Positions 27,539-36,699 of a stretch of 62,410 nucleotides of DNA are shown here, piece after piece. The notes below the pieces were generated by a model. The model made no database searches. It was given only the letters and a program-made list of their open reading frames with translations, and was not told where the DNA came from. Within the stretch, counting starts at the first letter, position 1. Each line of letters opens with the position of its first letter. Origin of the DNA: a virus (lineage: Duplodnaviria > Caudoviricetes); the IMG/VR virus record IMGVR_UViG_3300013132_000053, positions 1 to 62,410 of that record. One strand, given 5' to 3'. The translations under genes and the position numbers were made by a program.

Positions 27539-29165
27539 TCTAGGTTACAGAAATAATCCAAAGTTAAAGCCACCCGGAGTACAATTAAGTTATACCGAAG
27601 AAGAACTCAAGGAATACTTGAAGTGTGCAAATGACCCTGTTTATTTTTGCAAAAAATACGTAAAGGTAAAAACTTTGGACAAAGGCGTGATGCCATTTGA
27701 ATTGTATGATTATCAACAAGATTTTGTAAATACGATACATAAAAACAGATTTACTATATCTAAGTGGCCAAGACAATCTGGAAAATCAACTTCGGTAATA
27801 AGTTACATATGCCACTACGTGACATTTAATCAAAGCGTAAGTGTGGCAATATTGGCAAATAAACTAAAGACAGCAAAAGATGAATTATTTGCAAAACTGC
27901 AGTTAGCATATGAAAATTTGCCAAAGTTTTTGCAGCAAGGTGTTGTAGAATGGAACAAAACCTCTTTTAAGCTTGAAAACGGTTCAAGAGTCATATGCGA
28001 TGCGACATCATCGTCTGCAATCCGTGGCGGATCTTTCAATCTGCTTTTGCTTGACGAATATGCCTTTTTGCCATCACACGTTGCCGAAGAATTTTATTCA
28101 TCTACGTATCCTACCATTTCTGCAGGCACTACTACAAAACTCATAATAGTTTCTACACCAAATGGTATGAATCATTTTTATAAATTATGGGTAGATTCCA
28201 ATCGCCCCGAAGGACACAAACTAAAAAACAAGTTTGTTCCAGTGGAAGTAAACTGGAGACAGGTTCCAATAACTGCTGGAGGTAAAAGAAGAGACGATGA
28301 GTGGGCGGCAGAACAGATAGCCAATACAAGCGAAGAACAGTTTCAACAGGAATATGGCTGCAGTTTTCTGGGATCGTCAAATACTCTTATTTCTTCTACT
28401 AAATTGAACATACTTGCGTCAGAGGAATTTTTAAGAGAAGAAAAAGATGGATTTAGAATATTCAAGGAACCAAACAAAGATGGAATATATTTCATATTGG
28501 CAGATGTATCGAGAGGGCAGGGGTCTGATTATTCTGCCTTTACCGTAATAAATGGATCAGCAAACCCCTACGAGGTCGTTGCAACCTATAGAAACAATAC
28601 AATAAGTCCATTTCAGTTTCCAACCACCATAAAATCGGTTGCCGAAAAATACAATAATGCGTATGTTTTGGTTGAAACAAATGACATAGGTGGGCAGGTT
28701 GCATCGATTTTGTACAATGATCTTGAATACGAAAACATGCTAATGACGGTTATAAAGGGCAGAAAAGGACAAATGCTTTCTCAGGGATTTGCAGGAAATA
28801 AAAGTGAATTTGGTCTGAGAACAACAGCACAGACAAAAAAACTTGGTTGCTCTATATTAAAAAGATTGGTAGAGGAAGACAAGTTAATATTAAATGACGA
28901 AAGAATTATTCAGGAATTGATGACGTTTGTTTCAAGATCAAATACCTTCAAAGCAGATGAAGGTCACAATGATGATATGGTTATGACCTTGGTATTTTTT
29001 GCGTGGCTATGCCGCCAGGAATATTATAGCGATTTGATTGAATCTGCAAAATTAAATTTTGAAAAACCCACCAATCCAGAGGAAGACAATACTCTGTTTA
29101 TGCTTAGCACGGATGATGATGATGGAAAATTTTCAGATGGAAAGGTTGTTTGGTATCCTGCATAA
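27522..29165 (+). CDS. 17: Terminase large subunit gp17
   Basis: PRQSGKST, LLLDEYAF, STPNGMNHFY, ADVSRG, HNDDMVM. Confidence 0.96.
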   Translation: MVQPDNLGYRNNPKLKPPGVQLSYTEEELKEYLKCANDPVYFCKKYVKVKTLDKGVMPFELYDYQQDFVNTIHKNRFTISKWPRQSGKSTSVISYICHYVTFNQSVSVAILANKLKTAKDELFAKLQLAYENLPKFLQQGVVEWNKTSFKLENGSRVICDATSSSAIRGGSFNLLLLDEYAFLPSHVAEEFYSSTYPTISAGTTTKLIIVSTPNGMNHFYKLWVDSNRPEGHKLKNKFVPVEVNWRQVPITAGGKRRDDEWAAEQIANTSEEQFQQEYGCSFLGSSNTLISSTKLNILASEEFLREEKDGFRIFKEPNKDGIYFILADVSRGQGSDYSAFTVINGSANPYEVVATYRNNTISPFQFPTTIKSVAEKYNNAYVLVETNDIGGQVASILYNDLEYENMLMTVIKGRKGQMLSQGFAGNKSEFGLRTTAQTKKLGCSILKRLVEEDKLILNDERIIQELMTFVSRSNTFKADEGHNDDMVMTLVFFAWLCRQEYYSDLIESAKLNFEKPTNPEEDNTLFMLSTDDDDGKFSDGKVVWYPA

Positions 29166-29167
29166 AT

Positions 29168-29175
29168 TATAAATA
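29168..29175 (+). promoter_or_regulatory. Late promoter TATAAATA for the tail genes
   Basis: Exact consensus upstream of 29196. Confidence 0.7.
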
Positions 29176-29195
29176 TTTCTAATAAAGGGTACAGA

Positions 29196-30545
29196 ATGCC
29201 AAATTTTAATTTATTTAATAATCTTACTTATGATCCAAATATTACTAACTCAATTTCAACCGCTTTTGTAGCAGAGGGTTTTACTCAATACACTGTACCA
29301 ACTTTAAGTGAAAGAAATCTTCCAACAAATGATCCTGGTGGACTATTTGGTTGGTTGCTTTGGTCTAGATCGACACTTCAAAGACCACCAGTTGGATTCA
29401 CATACGATACATATATTTTTTATCAAACAAAAAATGATTTTTTGAGGGACTTGAATGCTATAGGAAATGATTCGGAATATGGTCTTGTTCCTTATTCTGA
29501 AAATCCCGGTGCTACTAATTGTTTTTTTTATTCAAATCCAGGTGAACAAATAATATTTCCAAATTATCCAGTTGGTTTTGATTTTTTGCATGTTTTAAAT
29601 TTATTGAGTTATGGTGGAAATGTACTTATAACTGGAACAACTTCTGGTATTATAGATTACAATAATCAAGCCTCTATTTCTACTTCTGTTAAAATGTTAG
29701 TTGGACAAACAGCAGATGCTGCAAGAGCAAAATTTTTAGAAACAAACAATTACATATTTGGTGTTTTTCCAACAATAAACAATGGGATTGGGCTTACTAT
29801 GGCTCCATTTGATACTTTATTTGGAGCAACGACTTCAGTGCAAAATCCACAAAATGGTGGTGCCACAGTTGCAAACAGAATTGTAAACGTTCATGGAAAT
29901 GGAAATTTTAATATTGATACCAGATCATGGTTAGCCGATAGTAAGATAGAAGCAGGTGTAAATTTAACAAGTGATATGGCTGGTTCTATGAAAACTGCTA
30001 GTTATGGTGGTGGTGGGGTATATCAGGGACCCGCTGGTCCAGATTATGCACCAAATGGCAATATTTCAATCACAAGTTTAGTATCTAATACCAATACAGA
30101 AAGTATTTTAAGAAAAAATAGAGTAAATTATTTTATTTCAGTAAATGGAAATAAGTTTTTAGCAACTGATTTGGTTGGGGCAACCGCTGGTCTTGGATCT
30201 ACTTATGCAAATAAAGATAGAATTGCTCCAAATTATTGCCTTGAAATCATTGAAAGGGCATATACAGCTGAAATTATTAGAATTGCTATGGGAAAACAAA
30301 ACACCCCTGAGTTAAGAGCACAGATTACTACTGCTTTAGAATATTTTTATGTAAGTCTTGGTTCTATAAGCACTGGTATAGTAACTCCATTAACGATAAT
30401 ATGTGATGGGTCTAATAATACTGATAACTCAACAACACTTAGAGTTGATATAACTATAGTTCCAATCACCACAACTGGAGGCGGAGGAGGTCCAGTTAAT
30501 ATTAATGGAACAAATCTCGTAATACAAATTGACGGAATGGCTTAA
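29196..30545 (+). CDS. 18: Tail sheath gp18-like, divergent and short
   Basis: Position between genes 17 and 19; LLSYGG, GPAG, LRKNRVNYF, ICDGSNNT sheath-like motifs. Confidence 0.65.
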   Translation: MPNFNLFNNLTYDPNITNSISTAFVAEGFTQYTVPTLSERNLPTNDPGGLFGWLLWSRSTLQRPPVGFTYDTYIFYQTKNDFLRDLNAIGNDSEYGLVPYSENPGATNCFFYSNPGEQIIFPNYPVGFDFLHVLNLLSYGGNVLITGTTSGIIDYNNQASISTSVKMLVGQTADAARAKFLETNNYIFGVFPTINNGIGLTMAPFDTLFGATTSVQNPQNGGATVANRIVNVHGNGNFNIDTRSWLADSKIEAGVNLTSDMAGSMKTASYGGGGVYQGPAGPDYAPNGNISITSLVSNTNTESILRKNRVNYFISVNGNKFLATDLVGATAGLGSTYANKDRIAPNYCLEIIERAYTAEIIRIAMGKQNTPELRAQITTALEYFYVSLGSISTGIVTPLTIICDGSNNTDNSTTLRVDITIVPITTTGGGGGPVNINGTNLVIQIDGMA

Positions 30546-30557
30546 AAAGAGTAAACC

Positions 30558-31103
30558 ATGCCAACACCACAAAATTCAATAGATACATTTAAAGCAAATT
30601 TTTCTGGCGGAACAAGAGCCAATAGATTTGAAGTAATTTGTGATAATTTGTGGCCACAAAATGTTTCAAATAAACCATCAAATTCAAAATTTAAAATATA
30701 TGCCACAAAGATGCCTGCAGCGGATGTTGGTACAATAGCAGTTCCTTACAGAGGCAGGCTTCTTTATTTTGCGGGTGATAGGTCTTATGGATCATGGACA
30801 GTTGAAGTTTATGACGATAGTGAGAATAATTCTCTCTGGAAGGCATTCAATCAATGGAAACACTTGATTGACGGATATGATGATCACTTGGTTGATGATG
30901 ATGATTTTACGTATCAATCGCTCCAAAAAACATGGATATTGAATCAATTAGATTTGAACGGCGGTAACTTAAGAACTATCAATCTAGTTGATTGTTGGCC
31001 AAGTCAAATTGGTTCATTAAATTTTGACATGGCTTCATCTGATCAAAGCGTATTTAGTGTTGTTTTGACTTATAATTTCTATAAAATAGAACAAGGAATA
31101 TAA
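30558..31103 (+). CDS. 19: Tail tube protein gp19
   Basis: GGTRANRFEV...VPYRGR...AGDRSYGSWTV...QLD...CWPS. Confidence 0.9.
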   Translation: MPTPQNSIDTFKANFSGGTRANRFEVICDNLWPQNVSNKPSNSKFKIYATKMPAADVGTIAVPYRGRLLYFAGDRSYGSWTVEVYDDSENNSLWKAFNQWKHLIDGYDDHLVDDDDFTYQSLQKTWILNQLDLNGGNLRTINLVDCWPSQIGSLNFDMASSDQSVFSVVLTYNFYKIEQGI

Positions 31104-31639
31104 TGGGCATAAGCATACAAGATTTTAAAAGTGCTTTTAATGGTGGTATGCGTGCAAACAGATTTTCTGTTACGGGTTCAATACCATTTTCAGGTGGCGA
31201 ACTCAGTAAATTTCACATAAGGGCAACTCAAATACCAAACTTGGCAAGCACAACAATCACATATGATTATTTTGGAAGAAAAATAAATTATCCGGGTGAA
31301 TTGCAATTTACGGGATGGAGCGTAATTGTTCTGGACGATGTGTCTGAAAATGGAAATCTTTGGAAAAAATTTAATAAATGGCAAAACGCAATAAACGATC
31401 ACGTAAGTAATATATCTACAATTGAAACTTTTGCCAATAGTTACAAAGCAAATGGATGGCAATTGATGCATCTTGGATTAAATGGTGAAGAAACAGATCC
31501 TGTTAAAACATTTACAATGAATGGTTGTTGGCCAAAAAGCATAAAAGAAATATCTTTGAATATGACGAACGTAAATGTGTTGAATGCATTTTCCGCAGTC
31601 TTCATATATGACAACATTCAGGTTAGAGACGTAACTTAA
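31103..31639 (+). CDS. 19: Second tail tube protein gp19 paralog
   Basis: GGMRANRF...YFGRKINYPGE...W...GCWP. Confidence 0.8.
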   Translation: MGISIQDFKSAFNGGMRANRFSVTGSIPFSGGELSKFHIRATQIPNLASTTITYDYFGRKINYPGELQFTGWSVIVLDDVSENGNLWKKFNKWQNAINDHVSNISTIETFANSYKANGWQLMHLGLNGEETDPVKTFTMNGCWPKSIKEISLNMTNVNVLNAFSAVFIYDNIQVRDVT

Positions 31640-31667
31640 AGTGTGCTAAGTATAATAGGTATAAAAC

Positions 31668-33239
31668 ATGGAACTACAAGCTTTTGGATTTGAATTTGGA
31701 AAGAAAAAAACATCAGAAAAGGCACGGGAAGAAGTACTTCAAAAGTTTTCGGTGCCAGAGACTTACGATGGAACTGTAACTGTCGAGGCTGGTGGTTATT
31801 TCAGCAGCGCAATAGATTTTACCGGAACGCTGAAAGACGAAAGCAGTTCGGTAATTCAATACAGAAACATGTCTGTATATCCCGAAGTTGACAATGCCAT
31901 AGAGGAAATTGTAAATTCCTCAATAGTAAAGGGAAGCGAAGCAATACCTGTAAAAATTGATCTTCGCGAAGTTCCAATTTCTGAATCAATAAAGACAAAA
32001 ATTTATAGAGAGTTTGATAGAATCGTATTTCTTTTGGATTTCAATCATAAGGCATACGAGATATATCGAAGATGGTATATTGATTCAAAATTGTTTTATA
32101 ACCTTGTTATAGACAAGGACAATCCGCAAGAAGGAATCAAAGAAATTATTCCAATTGATCCATTGAAGATCAAAAAAGTTAGAAAAGTAAAAAAAGAACC
32201 CCAAAAAAACAATCAGCAGGTTTTATCGATAATCAAGGAAATAGAAGAATATTATCTTTATACGGATTCTGACAAAGACTCTTATTTGGGTACAGGACCA
32301 GGTGGGCTTCATCTATCAAAAGATAGCATTGTTTATGTTCCATCCGGCTTAATTGACATGAATACGAAGCGGGTTCTTGGATATCTTCACAAAGCGATAA
32401 GACCGCTAAACATGCTTCGTCAGCTTGAAGATGCTCTTTTGGTGTACCGCGTGGCAAGAGCCCCGGAAAGACGTGTCTTTTACATTGACGTTGGGCAATT
32501 GCCAAAGCAAAAAGCCGAACAGTACATGCGCGACATGATGAGTCGTTTCCGCAACAGAATTATATACAACCAAAGTACCGGAGAAATAAGAGACGAAAGA
32601 AACCATCTTTCAATTCTTGAAGATTACTGGTTGCCACGTAGAGAAGGTTCACAAGGGACCCAGATTACTACTCTTCCGGGTGGCAATGCAATGTCACAAA
32701 TAGAAGACGTGGATTACTTCAAGAAAAAACTTTATAACTCATTAAATGTTCCATTAAACAGGCTAGCTGCTGAACAATCTGGATTTAATATGGGTCGTTC
32801 CGTGGAAATTACCAGAGAAGAAGTTAAATTCTATAAATTTATTGAGAGGCTAAGAAGCCATTTCTCAAAACTTTTTTATGATGCATTGCGTGTTCAATTG
32901 TTGCTCAGAGGTATTGTCACAGATGATGATTGGCATCAATTAAAGCAAAAAATCAAGTTTGTTTACAACACCGACAATTATTTTTGGGATCTAAAGGAAT
33001 CCGAAATACTTGCAGAAAGAATAAAAATGCTTTCAATAATTGAACCTTACGTAGGAAAGTATTTCTCCTCCGAGTTCATCCGTAGAAAGATTTTGAAACA
33101 AACCGAAGAGGACATTCAGACAATAGATCAACAAATGAAGGTAGACATAGAAAAAATGCGTCAAGAGCAAATGCAGCAGCTCATGATGCAACAACAAGCT
33201 CAGATGGCACAGGGCGGAGGAGAACCACCACAGCAATGA
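31668..33239 (+). CDS. 20: Portal protein gp20
   Basis: YLHKAIRPLNMLRQLEDA...RAPERRVFYIDVG...EDYWLPRREG. Confidence 0.97.
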   Translation: MELQAFGFEFGKKKTSEKAREEVLQKFSVPETYDGTVTVEAGGYFSSAIDFTGTLKDESSSVIQYRNMSVYPEVDNAIEEIVNSSIVKGSEAIPVKIDLREVPISESIKTKIYREFDRIVFLLDFNHKAYEIYRRWYIDSKLFYNLVIDKDNPQEGIKEIIPIDPLKIKKVRKVKKEPQKNNQQVLSIIKEIEEYYLYTDSDKDSYLGTGPGGLHLSKDSIVYVPSGLIDMNTKRVLGYLHKAIRPLNMLRQLEDALLVYRVARAPERRVFYIDVGQLPKQKAEQYMRDMMSRFRNRIIYNQSTGEIRDERNHLSILEDYWLPRREGSQGTQITTLPGGNAMSQIEDVDYFKKKLYNSLNVPLNRLAAEQSGFNMGRSVEITREEVKFYKFIERLRSHFSKLFYDALRVQLLLRGIVTDDDWHQLKQKIKFVYNTDNYFWDLKESEILAERIKMLSIIEPYVGKYFSSEFIRRKILKQTEEDIQTIDQQMKVDIEKMRQEQMQQLMMQQQAQMAQGGGEPPQQ

Positions 33240-33655
33240 AAAATTTAGAAAACAAAATATTAAGAAATGGAATCAAAACATTGATGGAGGAGGATGATTC
33301 CTCTTTCAAAAAAAGTCTTGTAAGATGTCTTTCATTAAAACTCAATACTGCAATAAATGAAACTCAGAAAGATTTTACAAAAAGACTGTTTGAGCACAAT
33401 GAATCTACAAAAATTACCGAAGACATCAAATATTTTGTAAATTTTGTTGAAAATTACGATCCAATTACCAACAATCGTTTAAAATTAAAAAATCATTCTT
33501 ACATAAATATCAATGAATCTGAATTAAAAATGCTAACGGATCTTTTTGATTCACTTTCAGGGAAAAACAAGCAATTGATGGCTTTTGAAATACTTCAATC
33601 GCCAAATAACATAAAAAAGAACATAGAATTCTACAAAAAGGCACAAATAAAATGA
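33236..33655 (+). CDS. Hypothetical head-region protein
   Basis: Coupled to portal; occupies the gp67/gp68 interval. Confidence 0.6.
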   Translation: MKNLENKILRNGIKTLMEEDDSSFKKSLVRCLSLKLNTAINETQKDFTKRLFEHNESTKITEDIKYFVNFVENYDPITNNRLKLKNHSYININESELKMLTDLFDSLSGKNKQLMAFEILQSPNNIKKNIEFYKKAQIK

Positions 33656-34197
33656 ATAACAATATTGAAAATTTGGTAAAAAATGTGATAGAAGAAAATA
33701 TTGTAAAATTTAAGGAAGATACCTCAAAAGTCCTTTATAATAAAGTTGGAGATAGGTTAAAGGATGAATACGTTCATGTATCAAGAAAACTTTTTAAAAA
33801 CATAAACGAAGCTGCAATTAGTGGTGTTGCTGCACTTGATGCACCCGAAGCATTTGAAAAGAATTGGGCATCTGCTGCACCTCCAGGTGGATCTCCTGGA
33901 GGTCAACAAAGACCAGAAAACCCAGATGAATGGCCTGATCCAGGACCACCACCAAAAAATCCATATCCAGATGGTGCACCTTCAAGACCAATGAGATCTG
34001 ATTATCCAGAAGGACCAAAGGGGGATGAGCAGTTTAAACAAGCTATGTATGCGTATGAAAGAGCAATAAGAGACATACTAGAATATCAAAAAAAATATAA
34101 AGAGTGGCGAAGAGCCTACGATAGATGGCGCAACAGAACCCCAACACGTGGCCCTGGAGCACCAAGACCACCAAAACCAAAGAAAGACTCTAACTGA
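33652..34197 (+). CDS. Prohead core-like protein with Pro-rich C-terminal half
   Basis: Helical N-terminus, NINE possible gp21 site, Pro/Gly-rich tail; immediately before gene 21. Confidence 0.55.
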   Translation: MNNNIENLVKNVIEENIVKFKEDTSKVLYNKVGDRLKDEYVHVSRKLFKNINEAAISGVAALDAPEAFEKNWASAAPPGGSPGGQQRPENPDEWPDPGPPPKNPYPDGAPSRPMRSDYPEGPKGDEQFKQAMYAYERAIRDILEYQKKYKEWRRAYDRWRNRTPTRGPGAPRPPKPKKDSN

Positions 34198-34841
34198 TGA
34201 AACTCATCACTGAATTAACAGAAGACATCAAGTACATCAAAGAAAATGTTGGCAATGGAGATAAAAATTATTTCATTGAAGGCGTCTTCATGCAATCCGA
34301 TGTCAAGAATCGTAATGGAAGAATTTATCCAAAAAATACACTTCTAAAGGAATGCAAAAGATATATTACGGAATATGTTGACAAGGGAAGAGCATTGGGT
34401 GAATTAAACCATCCAAGTGGTCCAACCGTTAATCTTGACAGAGTTTCCCATATTGTAAAGGAATTGTACGAAGACGGAAGAAACGTGTACGGCAAGGCCA
34501 AGGTAATGGATACACCGATGGGAAAAATCGTAAAGAATTTAATAGATGAGGGTGCCCAACTTGGTGTTTCTACCCGTGGAATGGGATCTCTAAAACCAAA
34601 AGGTGGATATCAAGAAGTTCAGGAAGACTTTATGTTGGCTGCAATAGACATTGTTGCGGATCCATCTGCTCCAAATGCATTCGTGAATGGAATCATGGAA
34701 GGCAAGGAATGGGTCTTTGACAATGGTCTTTGGTCTGAAAGAAATCTTATGTCTGCCAGAAATATAATAAAAAAATCATCTTCTAAAAACCTCAACAAGA
34801 ACATAGTAAAGATTTTTGAGCAATATTTCAGGAATATCTGA
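34197..34841 (+). CDS. 21: Prohead protease gp21
   Basis: MKLITE, NRNGRIYP, ALGELNHP, LGVSTRGMGSL, DIVADPSAP. Confidence 0.96.
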   Translation: MKLITELTEDIKYIKENVGNGDKNYFIEGVFMQSDVKNRNGRIYPKNTLLKECKRYITEYVDKGRALGELNHPSGPTVNLDRVSHIVKELYEDGRNVYGKAKVMDTPMGKIVKNLIDEGAQLGVSTRGMGSLKPKGGYQEVQEDFMLAAIDIVADPSAPNAFVNGIMEGKEWVFDNGLWSERNLMSARNIIKKSSSKNLNKNIVKIFEQYFRNI

Positions 34842-35617
34842 TGCCTTTGTTTGATTACAAAACAACATCAATACTGAACACCATATTGGTGGAAGGAACT
34901 ACACCAAAGGTAAAATACAAACTTACCAAAAAAAAGTCTTCTTCTGCTAGTGGTGGATATGGCGTAGGTGGTCCAAAGATAGATTCCATAAAAAAACCAG
35001 TTTACAATAAGCCTTGGACAGGAACCGAGCCTGCTCCAAAAACTGTATCAGTTCCAGGTGGGGACATACCAAGACAAGCAACCTGGGGTAAATTAAAATA
35101 TATGGTCGATCCAACTATTGACTATTATTTTGATGCCACAATAGATGCAGCAAAAGAATTACCAATTGCAGGTGGGATTGCGGCTGCGTCTGCAAAGTTT
35201 GCACTTTCACCAGCTGTTCGTTATGCAACAAAACAAGTAGTAAAAACTGATCTTGCAAAAAGATATCTTGGTCTTGGTGGTCTTGCATCTAAAACTGCTT
35301 CTCTTCCGGCAAAAATGCTTTTGGGAATAAATGCAGAGAATGAAATTAACAAAGCAGCAGAATTTGCCATGAAGCACTTGCCAGGATCTGCTCAGCTGAC
35401 AGGGAATAAACCACAGTTTGGAATTCTTGGACAAAAAATAGGTGATAAACTTGGTGATATAGCACAAATGGGAATAGACCCCCTTGATTGGGTGACAAAA
35501 GCCTTTGGTGCAGATCAAGCAGCTGCAAGTGTTGAAAACATAGGTGGTAGTCAGTCTTTGGGAATGACTACGGCTGCTGGATATTTGGGCAGAGGCAAAA
35601 GATCAGGAATTTATTGA
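34841..35617 (+). CDS. Hypothetical protein inserted between genes 21 and 22
   Basis: 258 aa; ILVE possible gp21 site; Ala/Gly-rich helical C-terminal part. Confidence 0.6.
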   Translation: MPLFDYKTTSILNTILVEGTTPKVKYKLTKKKSSSASGGYGVGGPKIDSIKKPVYNKPWTGTEPAPKTVSVPGGDIPRQATWGKLKYMVDPTIDYYFDATIDAAKELPIAGGIAAASAKFALSPAVRYATKQVVKTDLAKRYLGLGGLASKTASLPAKMLLGINAENEINKAAEFAMKHLPGSAQLTGNKPQFGILGQKIGDKLGDIAQMGIDPLDWVTKAFGADQAAASVENIGGSQSLGMTTAAGYLGRGKRSGIY

Positions 35618-35620
35618 TAT

Positions 35621-35628
35621 TATAAATA
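35621..35628 (+). promoter_or_regulatory. Late promoter TATAAATA (gene 22)
   Basis: Exact consensus plus AAGGA SD. Confidence 0.75.
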
Positions 35629-35650
35629 ATTTAAGTTTAAGGACAAAAAC

Positions 35651-36655
35651 ATGGATAATTTAAACGAACAAAACGAACAAATGGGTTTTATGCCAGTAAA
35701 TGGCCAATCTTTCATTCCAGACGGAAAAATGTCTGGAATTCCAGGACCTGTAGTCACAGCAAATAACATGCTTAAGGCTCAGGTTCCAGTTTCAGCTGCT
35801 GCCATGGCTGGAATGATGCCTCAAATGCCATCAGCTGGTCCTGTTTCTCAAGAGGAAGAGGAAGAAGAAGGTGAAGAGGAGTCAATGGAAGAAATGGAAG
35901 AATCGGCAAATGAACAATTCCGAATGGCATTGACTTCATTGCTTGGTGAAAATATTTCTTCGGGAGCAATTGCTCAGCTTGAGGGAATTTTTGAAGCAGC
36001 GGTTAATGATAAGGTCAATAACACAGTAAATGTTGTTGTAAACAAGTTGGATGAAAATGTCCAAACTTATCTTGAAAACGTCACAAATACTCTTGTAGAA
36101 AAAGTTGATGATTACCTTGATTACGTAGTCGAGGAATGGATGCAAGAGAATAATGTTGCCGTTGAGCAAGGAATTAAGACTCAAATTGCAGAAAATTTCA
36201 TCACTGGACTCAAAAATCTTTTTGAAAACCACTATATTGACGTTCCAAATGACAAGTACAATGCTCTTGATGAGCTTTATTCGCAAAATCGAGAACTGGA
36301 ACACAACCTTAATTTTGCAATCAATGAGAATATGAATATTCGCAAGGATCTCATGCTCAATGAGTGCGCAACAATTTTTGTTGCAGAAACCAGAGATCTT
36401 GCTGACACACAGATTGCAAAATTGCAATCTTTGATGGAAAACGTTTCTTTTGGAAACGTTGATGAATATCAGCACAAACTTAATGCAATAAAGAATAACT
36501 ACCTAAATTCGCAGACAATCATGTCTGCACCCGTACAAAGACCACTTCCTCAGCAAATTAATGAGGAAATGACTTTTTCTCCCGTCAAAAATATTGAGAA
36601 TTCCTCAATAGACGGGTATGCAACTGCTATTTCAAGACTTAATAAAAAGATCTAA
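35651..36655 (+). CDS. 22: Prohead scaffold gp22
   Basis: IFEAAV...VDDYLDYVVEEWM.EN..AVE.GIK...GLKNLFENHYIDVP. Confidence 0.93.
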   Translation: MDNLNEQNEQMGFMPVNGQSFIPDGKMSGIPGPVVTANNMLKAQVPVSAAAMAGMMPQMPSAGPVSQEEEEEEGEEESMEEMEESANEQFRMALTSLLGENISSGAIAQLEGIFEAAVNDKVNNTVNVVVNKLDENVQTYLENVTNTLVEKVDDYLDYVVEEWMQENNVAVEQGIKTQIAENFITGLKNLFENHYIDVPNDKYNALDELYSQNRELEHNLNFAINENMNIRKDLMLNECATIFVAETRDLADTQIAKLQSLMENVSFGNVDEYQHKLNAIKNNYLNSQTIMSAPVQRPLPQQINEEMTFSPVKNIENSSIDGYATAISRLNKKI

Positions 36656-36666
36656 AACACACAAAT

Positions 36667-36674
36667 TATAAATA
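36667..36674 (+). promoter_or_regulatory. Late promoter TATAAATA (gene 23)
   Basis: Exact consensus plus AGGAG SD. Confidence 0.8.
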
Positions 36675-36699
36675 ATTTTACTTAGGAGAATTTACTCAA

